Shown piece after piece: positions 1-14,448 of a stretch of 64,000 nucleotides of DNA. Origin of the DNA: the human T2T-CHM13v2.0 reference genome, Homo sapiens; NCBI RefSeq assembly GCF_009914755.1, contig NC_060939.1; one strand, written 5' to 3'. The notes under the pieces are model-generated. The model was not told the origin of the DNA, made no database searches, and saw only the letters and a list, made by a program, of their open reading frames with translations. How positions within the stretch are numbered: position 1 is the first letter of the stretch; each line of letters begins with the position of its first letter. Position numbers and translations under genes: made by a program.

Positions 1-19
1 TCAAACTCCCATTCTGCCA

Positions 20-860
20 TCCTTCCCTCTCCTTTGCTTCCTCTGTTTGTCATTTCCTAGTTACACTCCAATACCTGGTTTCTGCAGCCATAGCCTTCTT
101 AGATCTTATCAACATTCTAAGTGCCAAATACAAAGACACTTGCCAGGCTACAACTTGCATGATTTCATGTTAATATTTGACCAAGCTCCCCACTCCAACT
201 TTCTCTTCCCTTAGCTTCTATAACTTACCCTTTGGTTTCTTTTATTGCCTCTCTGTCCCATCCCTCTCAGGCCCCTCTGCTTCTTTCTTGGCATTCAATG
301 TGCATGTTCCCCATTTCTCATGCTTAAAAGTCCTCTCTTCTCATTCCTAATCTTTCTCACTCCATGCCTTGAAGTGACCCTGTATCATGAATGATTCCCA
401 AATCAGTAGCTCCAATCTAAACTCTCTCTTGAGCAACAGGTTCATGTGTACACCTGGCTGCTACCCATTTTTAGATGCAGATTCAGAAAGCACAATGATT
501 TCAAAATATACAGGGTCAAACCTACATCCCCACCTACCCTCCAAAATCAAGCTCTCCTACCTTACTCCCTCCTTTCAGTAGTGGCACCAAGATTCACCTT
601 GTCACAAGGTTAGAAATATTGTAGATACAGGATGCCTTCCTCTTGCTTAAATCCTAAAGTCATATTGGCCACCAAGTCCAGTGACTTTTCCTCTCCGTTC
701 CAACAGCTATCCCCTTGATTCAGGCTCTCACCATCTTGCTAGGCCCCAGTGTGAATTCCCTAACTGGATACCCTAACCCCAGGGCCTCTCCTCTCGGTCC
801 CACCACAGTGAGTTAAATCTTGTCACTGCCCTGCTTAAAATTCTTCAGTGGCATCTCATG
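20..860 (+). mobile_element. Degenerate L2 fragment
   Basis: CT-rich sequence with L2-like motifs (CAGGCTCTCACCATCT, TGTCACTGCCCTGCTTAAAATTCTTCAGTGGC). Confidence 0.55.
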
Positions 861-3800
861 TCTTTTTTCAGGAGGTTATAAGCTATTTTTAGCAGTGTGA
901 CCTTTCTCTTCAAATATATTCTTTCATACAACTCTATTGTGTGAAGCAGAGGCACTCTGTGAGGCTCTGGATTTGGTGGATCTTAAGGGACCAGGATCCT
1001 CCCCAGCTCAGTCACTCTCTCTCTGCCAGATAGAGGCCCATGAGGCAGCTCCATAATGAAGGACTGATTGAAAATCATTGATGGTATAAAGTCCACATGA
1101 TGTGAATTGATGTATCAGAGTATTGAGAGAGAATGACTATGACTACTACTATCACTCTCACGGCTACCTTGGCAGCTGGAACTAGAATTCTACTTACAGA
1201 GGACACAGGCTTTGAGAAAATACCTATTAAATCCTGGTGAGAAGTTGTGTTTGCCAAGGCTTAGGCCCTGGCTATTGCCAAGTTTTCTGAGAGAGGAAAG
1301 CATCTCATCTGCCTTAAAAATGAAGAAGGATTTCTATGTTTCTTTGAGGAGGAAAAGGCCAGATGACAAAAGAGAGGTTATATGAGAGAGAAACAGGAGA
1401 GAGAAAGCAGAGAAGAATATCAAGATGGAAGTAGTATGGGAAAAAATATTTTAAAAGGTACAATCCTGGTGGCAGTGTCTGAAAAGGGAGCTCAGAGAAT
1501 AGTGATATCCAAGATGTTTTTAGAGATTTGGGAGTTGTTGTTTGTTATGTTTTGCTGCACATTACATAACAGAAACCCTCCCTATGACCCAAAGTGTTGA
1601 GTAATATGCTTTTGAAGGACTTTGTGAGTGTATTATCTTTGGAAAGTTTAAAGGGCTGACTTTTGCATCTAGACCAATGGACGGTAAAAGAAATAATATT
1701 TACAGATACAGAAAGTATGAGTACAATGGGCTTGGGAGAATAGCAGCCCCAGATATTTGCAGAAAAATGTGGGAAAGAATAAGGTGAACCCTAAGCCATG
1801 GTTTGGGAGAATCCTGAAATGGACAAATGTCTAGGGATCAGGAGATCCTAGTTGAAAATAATTGATAGTGCAATCTTTGAATTTATTAATCACATTCAAA
1901 ATAGCTCACTGATGAAACTAAGCATTGTACGGAAGGCTGTTTCACAAAGAACAGGATGCTGGGGGCTCCTGAAGTTGCAAAAGAGACCAAACTCATTCAG
2001 AACTAGCTCCAGAAAAAGTTCATATAAAGATATGCATACTAAAATAAAGGTGAGGAAGTAGAATCAGGATCTTACAGCTACTGAAAACTTTTCAAGCAGA
2101 ACTCTCCTAGCCACATGGATTCCAGATGCTGCATCGTTTTGAGCATCTCTTCTTTCTATAACTTTTAGCTTTCTCTGTTTTATTATTACTGTTCATATAA
2201 CTGACGGTATCCTCCAGCCCAAAGGTTACATGACCCTTTGATTCTAGCACCCACAACCACTAGACTGACTTCCTGTCTATGTCATTTAATTCCAATTTGA
2301 TGGACGGAGAATGCAATAGGTTTGACTGGAGTGGGGTTCACCTCTAGGCTAATTTGCTGTGGCCAAGAGGTGGGGTCACATTATACACAAGGTCACTTTG
2401 GGTAAAGTGAGCAAGAAAACAATGGTTTACATATAAAATATAATTATTCCCCTGCTTCTTCTCTCTTAGCTTTACTGACTTGGCTAGGTACACGCTTGTG
2501 GATGAATGCTGAGATGTTTCCAGAAGATGGCAGTTCAGCTTTTCTCAGTTTGGTGGTACATAGAGAAACGGGAGACAATCTCCAGAGATAAGTGAAAGGT
2601 TTGTTTCACTTATAACAAGAACTTTGGAAGACTCAGGGATTTTACAGCAGAATCTCAAATCTTATGACAGTTTTCCCACTGAGAATTTGTGTCACTGACA
2701 TCATTCTCTGCATGCAAGCATATCATCTTTTACATAATAGATATATTCCTCAAAGGTTGTGTGTGAACCAAATTTTTATATTTGGGAGACAGTTCTAATC
2801 TCAGTTTCTTCACCTATACAATGGGGGAAATCAAATTCTATTTCAAACTCACCAGTGAAGCATGATTTTATTTAACGAGCCACGCTGTGAATTTTCTCTG
2901 TGGTTGGAATACTGGTCCACTAATTGATCTGTTTTGCAAATTTGGATTTTTATCTATCAGGCTTTCCTGAATGCAACTTAGAAAGGTAAACAGTAGCTTT
3001 AGAGAGAGCCTAAGTGCTACAAAAATAAAAGTAGTTACAAGCTGAATGCGAAACCCAGAACTCTGGGTTCCGCTCAGCAATTTAAACAAATTACATCAAT
3101 TCAGGGATGATGATCAGTGATCCAAAGTAACTGAATTCTTCTTTTTTTCAAGTTCTTTGTATTTTAATAGTCTCTGACTCTGTAAGTAACAAGCAAGGTT
3201 CTGTTAAGAACCCATTTCAAATTTCTGTTTAAAAGCTCTGCTCTTCACCTTTGAAGAAATGGAGCTCATGAAGTTAAGTAAACAGATTGCAGATGGCGCA
3301 CCACATTCACTCGGAAAACATGCTGATTACTCAGCAAAATGGCATTTAGCACCACAAAAAAAGCCAAGAGCTGAGTTACTACATCAAATCCTCAGTGGAA
3401 TCCAATATCCCCACCTGTGGGATGCCGGCAATTGTGTCTAAAAATGCAATTACCAGAAGGGAAGAAAAACAGATTTACTCTCTTTCACGAGGAACGGAAT
3501 CATGAAAAGGGTCTTTCCTCATGGAGTAAGTACACTGGAAGCATAGTTTATTCTGTCTTGATGCCCACTAATGGGCTGACCGTCCCCCATTATATCGTTG
3601 CTAGGTGAAATATGGCTTTATTATTTGCATCTAGAATTATATCACAGTCCTCTCTCCTAGGCAATCACCGAGCCTGTTGTACCAGCACCAAGATAGAGCT
3701 ACTACAAAAATTAATAAGTAGGGCCAATGTTTATTTTTCCAGAAAGGTGAGCTTTTCAGAATCCTTTTCTTCTCACAATACATTAAGGTGTTGTAAGCAT

Positions 3801-4248
3801 AAAACTAAACTGAGTGAATGAGAAATGGTAATTGAACACCATCAAAACACTCTACATTTGGAGAGAAGGGAGTATACAGTGATCAATAAAACTCAGAACA
3901 CTGACATGGTTTAAATGAGTCCCCCATTGGTTCCCCAATATTCAGGATACCAAAGGTGCTGAAACTACTCTTCAGGAAGTAAGCAGGGGTAATTTCCACG
4001 ATGACAGGGAGGATAATAAACTTTGAAGAAAGATTGGATTGTACTTCCTTTAGCTCTAAAGTAGAGGTACTTGAGGTCATCATAAGCCAATAGGTACATA
4101 GACAGATACCTCCTGCATTCCCTTCCAAAAACACTCAAGATAGAAGACAATGGGGATTCGGTCAATAATAGTGTAGAAAGATGTCAGAAAAGATGGTGCT
4201 TCAGAAGCCGAGGAAATACTTTGCAGAACGAAAAACTGAAAGATATTC

Positions 4249-4250
<2 letters not shown>

Positions 4251-4298
<48 letters not shown>

Positions 4299-4335
4299 TA
4301 TATATATACACATATATATATACACATATATATAT

Positions 4336-4389
<54 letters not shown>
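4251..4389. repeat. Compound (TA)n/(CA)n microsatellite
   Basis: (TA)20(CA)4(TA)5(CA)2(TA)5(CA)2(TA)5(CA)4(TA)22. Confidence 0.97.
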
Positions 4390-4392
<3 letters not shown>

Positions 4393-4924
4393 GGCAGCCA
4401 GTGTAAGTTAGGATGAAAAGGGACACACACAAGAGAAGCACAAGCCTATTTCTCTTTCCCTAAATCTGTATGATCTAAGGCAAATCACCTCACTGCTCTG
4501 GGACCTCATCTCTCTGACATGTAAAACATTTTAAGAGTAACTGCAGATTTACCTCTTCAATACTTCTTCCAGGTTCTGGAATCAGGAGGTAAAAATCCTG
4601 AGTAGTTGATGAGGTTGGGAAGACTGGGGGAAATATCTTACCACCAAATGCCAACCGGTAGATTCCATGGAAGGTATAAAAACATTTACCACTTCCAAAT
4701 ATGGAAGCACCCTCTACCTACTAAATGGAGACTGCTTGCAAGCATGTATGCATTATTTAGGTATTATGCATTGATTTGTATGTGTATGTGAATTTAATAA
4801 GTAATTTAGTGGCAGATAGCTACATAATTATATTCCTTTAATCACCAGCAGACCTCCAGACAGGACTCAAAATCTGTATTTCTCCACTCCTTGCCTGGCA
4901 GGTCTCAGAAGGTCAAGGTTTTTC

Positions 4925-5034
4925 GTTGCCCTGGCAACAGCTGATAGCATCACTACCACCTGAAGCCGCCCAGGGGGCTGCAGGCTCTGCAGCACTGTAA
5001 GCGGTTATGATGTTATCCCAGTTGCTGGGGAAAC
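4925..5034. promoter_or_regulatory. Pair of RFX X-box motifs (candidate enhancer/promoter)
   Basis: GTTGCCCTGGCAAC at 4925-4938 and GTTGCTGGGGAAAC at 5021-5034, in apparently non-repeat, locally GC-richer DNA. Confidence 0.5.
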
Positions 5035-6884
5035 GCACAACCTTGCACCAGGCAGGTGGGTAACCGTGGAGTCGATTTCCAAGCATTCTGCCTTTAACAG
5101 TCTACACTGGCAAATGTATTCATCGCTGCATAAATTCTATGAACAATTTGGGATCTTAAAGAGTTTTAGTCATGTGTTCTCTTTTTAAAAAGCTCTTAAA
5201 TGGTTCACCTTTACTGCTTGAAATGTAGTGCTTCTATGAAAAAAATAAAAACAGGTTTATTATTGCTCTATTTTAAATGAAATTGCCACCCACACTAAAA
5301 TATGCCAGAGTAACTCCTCCCCAGTGTCTCTGCCCCGCTAATCAAGTCTGCATATTTTTTTTAGGTTGCTCTCTATCTACAGGGGAAAAAAATAAAAAAA
5401 AGTATCTTAAGATAATATTGGATCTTGAAAAGTAGACTCATAAAAGCAGAGAAGTCCTGTTCATCATTTGAGTCATCCTTGATTGGCTTTCTTTTAAAAT
5501 GCATCTTCTGTCTTTCTTATAACCAAGGGCTTTAAAATTCAAATGTTCATGAACACCAGCTTTATTAAAATTAAGGCTTGGGGAAATGGCTTGGAAAAGG
5601 GAGAAAAGAATATTACCCAACCATTTAAAAGATGCTAATTAATGAAGTTCTAAAGCCCAGAGAGGGCATTTGATACAACAAGGGTTTCTCTACAAGGAAA
5701 AATAAAAAGCATCTAAAAACAAAAAATTTAAAAAAACCCTCAGAATAAAATAAAATTGAAGTAGATTAACTCAAATCTTCCCCCAGCTTCTGGAGAGGCC
5801 TTGGGAGTTTTGCTATACTCTAAGAACTTGAGTTTGCGTGCCTATGAACTGAACGCATTTACATTTTCTGGTCCAGCTCCATGCCAGCCTTTTAGCCACT
5901 GGGGACCTGCCTTGAATGTGCAATGCAAGGCATTTCACCTACTTGGTTTTTATCCACTGCTTGTCCTCAGCAGCAATCACATACTCAGCCCTGGTTAAAA
6001 GGGAATGCGGGAAGAGAGGCTACCCAGATGGATGGCTCCATTCTGCCCCATCTTTCTTACCCACAAGCTCCTTTCACTTTTAATTATGGAGAGGAGAACA
6101 CATTCTCTTTTCTCCATTCTCCACCTCTCTTAGCTCATTCATCCACTGCAGCTTAGAATTGGAGCTTGCAGCAGTATTTTCCCTTCACGTGTTAAACATC
6201 GGTGGATGCTTTCAAAGCCTCTATAGTTAAGCTTGTATCAACCTTGCCAATGTTTCCCCACACTCAACAGAGGAAGATATGTTTGATTTTATCTTTTTAT
6301 TACTCACCATTGTGATAGTCTTGTCTTGTATTCTACAGGAATCTCTCTCTCTCTCTCCGGATATTGCTGTGGGCCAAAAATGGAAAATCTCCATTGAGTG
6401 AAAAATAGATTCGTTGGTACCGAAATAAATAAATAATCCCAGTTCTGTAACAGAAAATCATTTTCTGGGGCCTGATAATGATTTCCTAATACTGAGATAT
6501 CAATCAGATGATCCATTTGTTGTCTACTGGGGCTGGAGAAGGGATTAGTCTGTGGAAGAAAATGGGATGATCCACTGGGTGAAGGCTGATGAAGGGAGGA
6601 GAAGGGTGCATAGTCAGGCAGTCAATGTCAGGACTCGGAAAACAGGGTTTCGAAGAGCCTGTGCAACACATCTCCTCTGTAAATATCCAAGTACCCTCCC
6701 TCTCACCCTCCACCTCCTCCAGGCCAGGGTCAGATGTTGTATGTCGTAGCTCTGCATGTCTAAGCGTAACATGAAGGAAAGAGGTACCCCCATGCCTTTG
6801 CACAGGCTGTGCTGTCTTCTAGAATGTTTTCCTCTTCTTTCCTGCTCATCTGTCCCTTGGTGATAATCATAATATACAGCCATT

Positions 6885-7110
6885 AAAATTAGTAACAGCT
6901 AAGGTCACCTTGTGTCAGGCACCTTGCTAAGTGCTTTATATAGCTCTTGCATGTTCACCACAATCCTATGAAGTAAGTATTCTATTTCCTACTTTTCTGA
7001 TGAGGAGTGTGGGTCTTGGAGAGCTTAGGTTACTGGCACAAGGGCATATAGGTTAGCAGCAGCAGCAAAATAATTTATCCATCCAAAGCCTATGTTCTTA
7101 ACCACCATAA
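6885..7110 (-). mobile_element. MIR SINE
   Basis: TGTGTCAGGCAC...CTAAGTGCTTTA...CACAATCCTATGAAGTA...GATGAGGAG. Confidence 0.65.
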
Positions 7111-9009
7111 AAGATGCAGCTCAAAGGTTACTTATTTTAGGAACCCTCTTACTTCACCAGAAAAGAAAAAAATTTACCCTCTTTCCCCTCACTCAGTGTT
7201 CAGATATTTTGTATAAACTTCTCTTAGAGGACTTATCGTACTGGATTGCAATTAGTGGAATTATTTTAATTACTTTTTATGTCTGATACAGTTTTGCAGT
7301 CTTGGCACCAAACTTACCTGACACATAGCAATTGCTCAATAAATGTTTGCAGAAAAGGAGGAATAATGGATAGAATGAATAAACAGTGAGGCAAAACAGC
7401 ACAGCCCCTGGGCCCTTTGGACACAGAGACCTGGATGTCTCCTTTTTAGCCAACTGAGATGAGGATATAGCTCTTTTCCTTTCATTGAACACTTGAAATA
7501 TGTCAGCCAGAGAGGCTGAGTCAGGGAGAGGCCAGGTGAGCTGACTGCAGGCTGACGCCCACATCCAATCTAATACCTACCTCCACCTTCATCCTTAAAA
7601 GGGGTGAGGTAGGCTGGATTGACTCTATACTCCTAGGGTTGGGATTAGGTTAGAAGAAAAATAATGTCTCACAATCTCCATCTTAAAGGCCCAGCAGGTC
7701 AGGACCCAAACCTTCACAGGAGGGGCAAGAGCCAAACTAGCACAGAGCAGAAGAAAGACCATCACTCCATAGAGGGGTGACCCATCTGCACTGTGCTGCA
7801 GAGGCCTTCTCTAACCAAGAGAGAAAGAAATACATCTAAATCTGGAATCTTATCCTATTTTGTCCTCAAAACTAGGCACGAGAGGCAGCAGCAGAGGGAC
7901 CCTGGGTGAGTGGGGAGCAGGGCAGTCTGTAGTCTCTTGTAGGAACAAGGTGGATGTGGAGGGGTGGCCACCACTTGGGCAATTTCCCAGCTGCTAAAGA
8001 TCATACAGTTAACCCTCTGTGATTAAAGCGACATTTATTTATAGTTTTCTCTTAGATATGTTGTATTGTCTGTGTGTCTCATTTTTCCTCAACATACAAC
8101 TCAATGTAAATAAATAAATAAAAGGATTATGTGCTACAGGAGCTGCCATACAGGAGCTTGGGCAAGTGTTGGTAAGTAGACCCAGAAATCCCAGAATGGT
8201 TCTGCTGCAGACACTCACTCTTCTGTGACCAAAAGCTTCTTGCACATGAAAAGCGAAGCCCTGAGCATGTTGGATTACTACATCTGAAAGGCCGTACTGG
8301 TGACCAAAGGGTGACCTGACACTAAACCTCTAGGAGTCAGTTGATTGTAAAGGTCTTCAGGACAGAAAGAAGGTTTTGTATCCTTTGTGCTGGGAATTCC
8401 AGATCCTGGAACCCTTGGCGAAGCTTAAATCTTGTCCTCCTATAGCATCATACCAAAGCCAACTTCACAGCTATGTTGTGCAAAGGCTGAGGAGAGTCGC
8501 AGCAAAGTCAAAGAAAGTAAGAGCTTGGAAGGCAATTGGAACAGATCTAGTCCAACTCTGTTATTTCATGAGGCCCAGAGAGAATGGCAATGCTGCATTT
8601 CCAGTAACTCAACAAGTGTGTACTTAGAGGACCAGCAAAGAGGGCACGACACAAATAAATTAATGGTAAAAGCAAGATAGATTAGACAACTTCAGCTTCA
8701 GTGATCTTATCCAGAACCTGATAGTAACAGAAAATTCAGAAATAGTCTATTTTAACTTTAACATTCACGCAAGTTTTGTGTTTAGATACTTTCAGTTACA
8801 CTTAGCAGATTTCTAGACACACAATATTTTGACACTTTGGATGTCTAAAGGTCTTATTTGTTCTGTGGAGGGTGTTGTCACGTTCCCAAAGAATTAGGCT
8901 CAAGCTGGAGAACCCAGAGAGAGGGCAGGTAATTTATGAAAGGAGGTGACACTTCAGAGAAGTAATGTTTTTCAAGATTATACAGGATAAAAACAACCTA
9001 AGAATAAAT

Positions 9010-9235
9010 ATGTCTCAAACTAACAGACTCTGAATTCCTGGGCTAAGGTGTTCACTTGTCACTCACCACCTGAGAAGCCTTGAGCAAGTTATTTAACCTC
9101 TCTGATCTCTGTTTCAATATCTGCATACTACAAAAACAAATGTGCCTATGCATTCGTTGTAAAACGAAATAAATTAGAAATTTTAAAAAATCACCTACAA
9201 AATTATCTACATGGCATAAGCATATTAAACAATAT
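9010..9235 (+). mobile_element. MIR SINE
   Basis: CTTGAGCAAGTTATTTAACCTCTCTGATCTCTGTTTC core. Confidence 0.6.
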
Positions 9236-9650
9236 GAAAACAAAGGAGCAAGAAGAAGGAAGAAAAGGGAAGTTAGAAGGAATTGGTGTTCATTGGAGAG
9301 CGCATACGGTAGGTTCCCGCCGCCACCCCTGCTCCCTCGCAAGGGACTAAAGGAAAACGAATTGCAGAAGTCAGGTGGAATACATTTACTATAGTCAATG
9401 ACGGATTTAATTATAAAGTCTTCATTATGTTTGTGCATAAGTACAATATAATATAACTACATTGTAATTATCCTATTGGGCAATGTCAAAGCCAATCCAA
9501 AGGCTGCCATTGCCTTTGATATTTAGAACAGTGTCGGATTTCACCCTTTTAAAAATGTTTTGGGGAAAAACGGTGATACTGAGGTCCACACTAAAATGTG
9601 ATTTAGTCACCTGGATGGCTTTACCCCTTACTATGAGGCTTCATAGGTGA

Positions 9651-9770
9651 AGATGGATGGATAAATGGATGGATGGATGGAGGAATGGATGGACAGATGG
9701 GTGGGTGGGAGGAATGGATGGATAGATGGGTGGGTGGGTGGGGGGGTGGATGCATGGATGGATGGAAGGA
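9651..9770. repeat. (TGGA)n/(TGGG)n simple repeat
   Basis: Imperfect GATG/GGTG tetramer array. Confidence 0.9.
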
Positions 9771-10204
9771 CAGAAAATGAATGTCTTCCAGTGCTCTGGC
9801 AGCTTTATTTGCTTTAGTGCTTTTAGTAGAAGGAGTTCACATTTTTTTAAAGTGCAAGATCTTTGTGCATCATGCCCTTTATCCTCACCACAAACTTGAG
9901 AAGCAGGTGTTATCATTTTTATTACACAAAGACCAAAAGTGAAACCTGAGGATGGTTAAACAGCTTGCCTAGAGTCACACAAGCTGCTGGCAAAGTTAAG
10001 ATTCGCATACAGGTCTGTAAGACTCCAAAGTCTCAAATCTTCCACTAAAAAACACTTCCTCATAATTACCTAAAAATGAGTGAAGAGGCAGAACTTTGAA
10101 AGTTTAGTTAACATTTTTTTTGAGTTCTTGTTTTTGAGTTTGTGTTCTAGTTTTCCTGTTTGGCAAGAAAAGTAGGTATTTGGAGAAGAAAAGGAAAAAC
10201 AGAA

Positions 10205-10312
10205 ATAGGATGACCATATTTCCTGGTTGTCTGGGACAGTCCCCATTTGTACTCATCAGCCTGGCGAAATTATTAATAATGTCCATTTACAGTCTCAAAA
10301 TATCCCAGTTTC
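10205..10312. mobile_element. hAT-Blackjack MITE (MER81/MER94-like)
   Basis: TAGGATGACCATATTTCCTGG...GGGACAGTCCC...AATTATTAATA...CTCAAAATATCCCAGTTT. Confidence 0.6.
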
Positions 10313-11099
10313 CACCTGAAGTAGAAACCACCATTTATGAGCTAGCTAATTTATAATCCAACTAAGGGTTAGAGTCCAGGTAGCTATATGTGCATGTGTC
10401 TGTATTATACTTTATTTTTCAGTTGAGTCCTTCTCCTAAGTTACTGAATAGGTACAGCCCTAAGTTTTAACAGGCATCTCCTGCCAAAAAGGTGGCTTCC
10501 TAAGAATTTGTCAGTTCACACCTCCTCCCCAAGCTCACCACACCTGCTCACACTTTCTCATATAATAGTGACAAGGAAGAAATGAACGTGACTTAAAACA
10601 GCATCATGACAAGGATGGCAATGAGCTAGATTTTACATTTTAGCCTAGGATCTCTGTTTCCCTGTAGCTGGATTTCACTCTTAGCTATAGGCCAGGTTGA
10701 TGAGGAGAATGGCTGAGCATATGGAGGATTTTTCTCATGTCTCCTGACCACTACCAACACTGCCAACCTGGCCTGCCTGGGTCTCCTCCTCTTCATGACC
10801 ATCAGAGGTAATTTTGCACAAAGCACGCCTTACACTATTCCTAATTTTTCTGTTCAAAAGCCTTGTGTATTTTCTCATTGCTATAGTTAAAACTGTAACT
10901 TCTCAGCATGAGCTATACAATATTCATGATATAATAGGAGGATGAGCATAAGGAGAAAAGAATTACAGTCATGATTTGGATACTAAGTAATGGTGTGTGT
11001 TTGGCGAAGGTGTTTAATGCCTCAAGGTCTCAGTTTCCCCATGTCTAAATATGAGGTTGGAATAAATACATTCTAAAAACCTTTCCCATACTAAGAGAT

Positions 11100-12790
11100 T
11101 ATGCGGGACTTGCCCTATTTCTCCTTGGCTTCTCTAACTTGTTTACTCTCTGTTCCACAGAATACACTTTTTAAATTCCTACTATATGGTTTGCACAGGC
11201 TGTATTTCCCACTGGGAATGCCCTCTTCCCTCATTATTGCTTCTTTTATCATTGCTTTCAGCCCCACTGACCCAAAAAGCATTAATCACCTACAACCACA
11301 GTACTACTTTTATCTGATAAGGGGAGCCATAAATACCCATCTCCACTGACTAAAGCTCTTGCATATCCATGTTGGCCTCAACAGATGCTGAGTTCCTTCT
11401 GCCTCTAATTCAGACTGATGATAGCTAATCCAAGAGCTAATTCTATTCCGTTCATCTCTTACTAGCTATTTCTTGGCTGATCCTTTCCCAATAGTCTTCC
11501 AGTGAGTATGTCTCCAGAGCCCTAGACCTCCCATGAATGAATGCCACTCATAAATCTAACAACCTATTCTATGTTTCTTACTGAGTACCAAAAAGATATC
11601 TCAAACCGCATGCCTCTTCCAACAGCCCGAAACCTGCTTAAGACTTTTCCAAACATGTAAGTGACAGTGTTACCTATCCAATGGTGCGGACCCCCACATT
11701 CCTTTTTTCTTCACCCTTGGAATCTGTTTTAGTCTGTTCTCATGCTGCTAAGGAAGACTGGGTAGTTCACAAAGGAAACAGGTTTAATTGACTCACAGTT
11801 CCATATGGCTGGGGAGGCCTCACAGTAGTGGTGGAAGGTGAAGGGGAAGCAAGACATGTTTTACATGGCAGCAGGCCTAAAGAGCCTGTGCAGAGGAACT
11901 CCCTTTTATAAAACCATCAAATCTTGTGAGACTTATTCACTATCACGAGAACAACACAGGAAAGACTCATCCCCATGACTCAATTACCTCCTACCTGGTC
12001 CCTCCCACCACACATGGGAATTACAGGAGCTACAATTCAAGATGAGATTTGGGTGGAGACACAGCCAAACCATATCAGAATCTAATCCAAAAGCAAATTC
12101 TTTTGGTAATACCTCAAATGTATCTTGCAAAGATGGTCACTTATCACCATCTCTATTGCTACCACCTGAAACCAGAACACCAAAATCTCTTGCCCAGACT
12201 GTTGGTTACCCTGTACCTATGTGTCTCACTACTGTCCAATGTCCACATAGCAGCAAGATGATCTTTTTAAATCATTATTAGGGTCTACAGTGGTTCTATC
12301 AGCCCCACAAGGCCTGTGCCTTGCTGTTTCTCCCACCTCATGCCTGGCCACTCTTTCACAAATCCCTGCTCTTCTTTCTGCTCCTAGGACACAGCAAGCA
12401 CATTGATGCCTCATGGCCTTGCACCTGCAGTTTCTGCTGCTCAGATTGCTTCCCTACCCCAGTTATTTGCATCTTTAATTTGCCTCACATTCAAGTCTCC
12501 ACTCAAATGTCACCTTCTTTAAGACCACCTTCCCCGATGGCCTAACCTGAAGTGGCCCCAATCCCTTCCTGTATCTCTTGATCACATTACCCTGACTTAT
12601 TTCCTTCCTTCGTGAACTTATTAATATCTGAAGTTTTGGTTGTTGCTGTTTTTTATTTTCCTCTTTCCTCTAATATAAGTTATATGAAGACATGTACCTC
12701 ATCTGTCATGTTCATCCTTATATTTCCAGTGTTTAACAGGCCACTTGTCACCTAACAGGCATTTAAATTATTTATAGAACGAATGAATGA
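11100..12790 (+). mobile_element. L2 element interrupted by a THE1-type LTR
   Basis: CTCAAATGTCACCTTCT, TTTATATTTCCAGTG and a terminal GAATGAATGA. 5' boundary approximate. Confidence 0.6.
11725..12077 (-). mobile_element. THE1/MST-family MaLR solo LTR
   Basis: TG...CA termini; ends GATGAGATTTGGGTGGAGACACAGCCAAACCATATCA. 5-bp TSD GAATC at 11720-11724 and 12078-12082. Confidence 0.9.
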
Positions 12791-12974
12791 CCCGCAGTGG
12801 AATCTGCCTGAGCTATAACAAAATGTTCAGATCACTTACTGTCCACAGAGGCTTCCCTGACCATTGAGCCCAGAGTAGTTTCATCATACCTAAAATCCCC
12901 TATGCAGTGTCTCCTTGTGCCTCTTCTAAGGTATTCTTTTGGTTATTGAGCTATTGTCTCTTAACTGACCTTCT

Positions 12975-13805
<831 letters not shown>

Positions 13806-14432
13806 TTATTTTCCTGAATGGTCCCCAGCTGATAGACGAATGTACAATTTATTGCCTTATACCATTTCCATTTTTTCTCAGGGCATCTTTTATTGGCTCA
13901 ACTGGCTTGGAAGTTTGTTTAAAGTAGGAATTACCCCCTCATTTAGCCCTGTACCTACTAGCTGGGGTGCCTTACACATTGTAACTGATCAGTATGTGCG
14001 TGATGATGATTGACCATTTGTAGTTCTGCAAGGAAATTAGTTCATCTTCCTGTTTTCAGAGGTAGCATTTCAAAACATCTCTGGAGAGAAACTATCGTAA
14101 TCTTCAAGCCCTCCAGGATAGGAAATTCTTCAAATGTTTAATTGTTAAATGTCTGCTTGTAAGCCCATGCCAGAATCTCTTTGCTGTCAAGAAGTGCTTT
14201 CCACATAGACCTGATGGTAGGGACTTGCACAGAGAGGAAATGCTTAGATCTAAGAAGAATGATTATTTTGACAATATATAATGGAACCTTAGCCCCAAAT
14301 AAATTCTTGCTGTTTTCCAAATAACCGAATTATTGGACTGATCTCAAGTTTAATTCATTCTTTCTCTTCCCCACCCTGGTTTTGTGTACAGAAAGAAAAC
14401 CTATTTGTTCGATTCACATGAAACTTTCTTAT

Positions 14433-14445
14433 AAATATACTGGAC
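14433..14445 (+). repeat. 5' target-site duplication of the L1HS insertion (AAATATACTGGAC)
   Basis: Exact 13-bp match to 21695-21707, extendable by [C/T]GA. Preceded by TTTCTT/ATAA, an L1 endonuclease-like site. Confidence 0.85.
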
Positions 14446-14448
14446 CGA

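Noticed and set aside
4080-4441. ORFs with YIYIYI runs
   Set aside because: Translations of the (TA)n microsatellite.
6304-6883. Cluster of overlapping ORFs
   Set aside because: No recognisable protein similarity or consistent exon structure.
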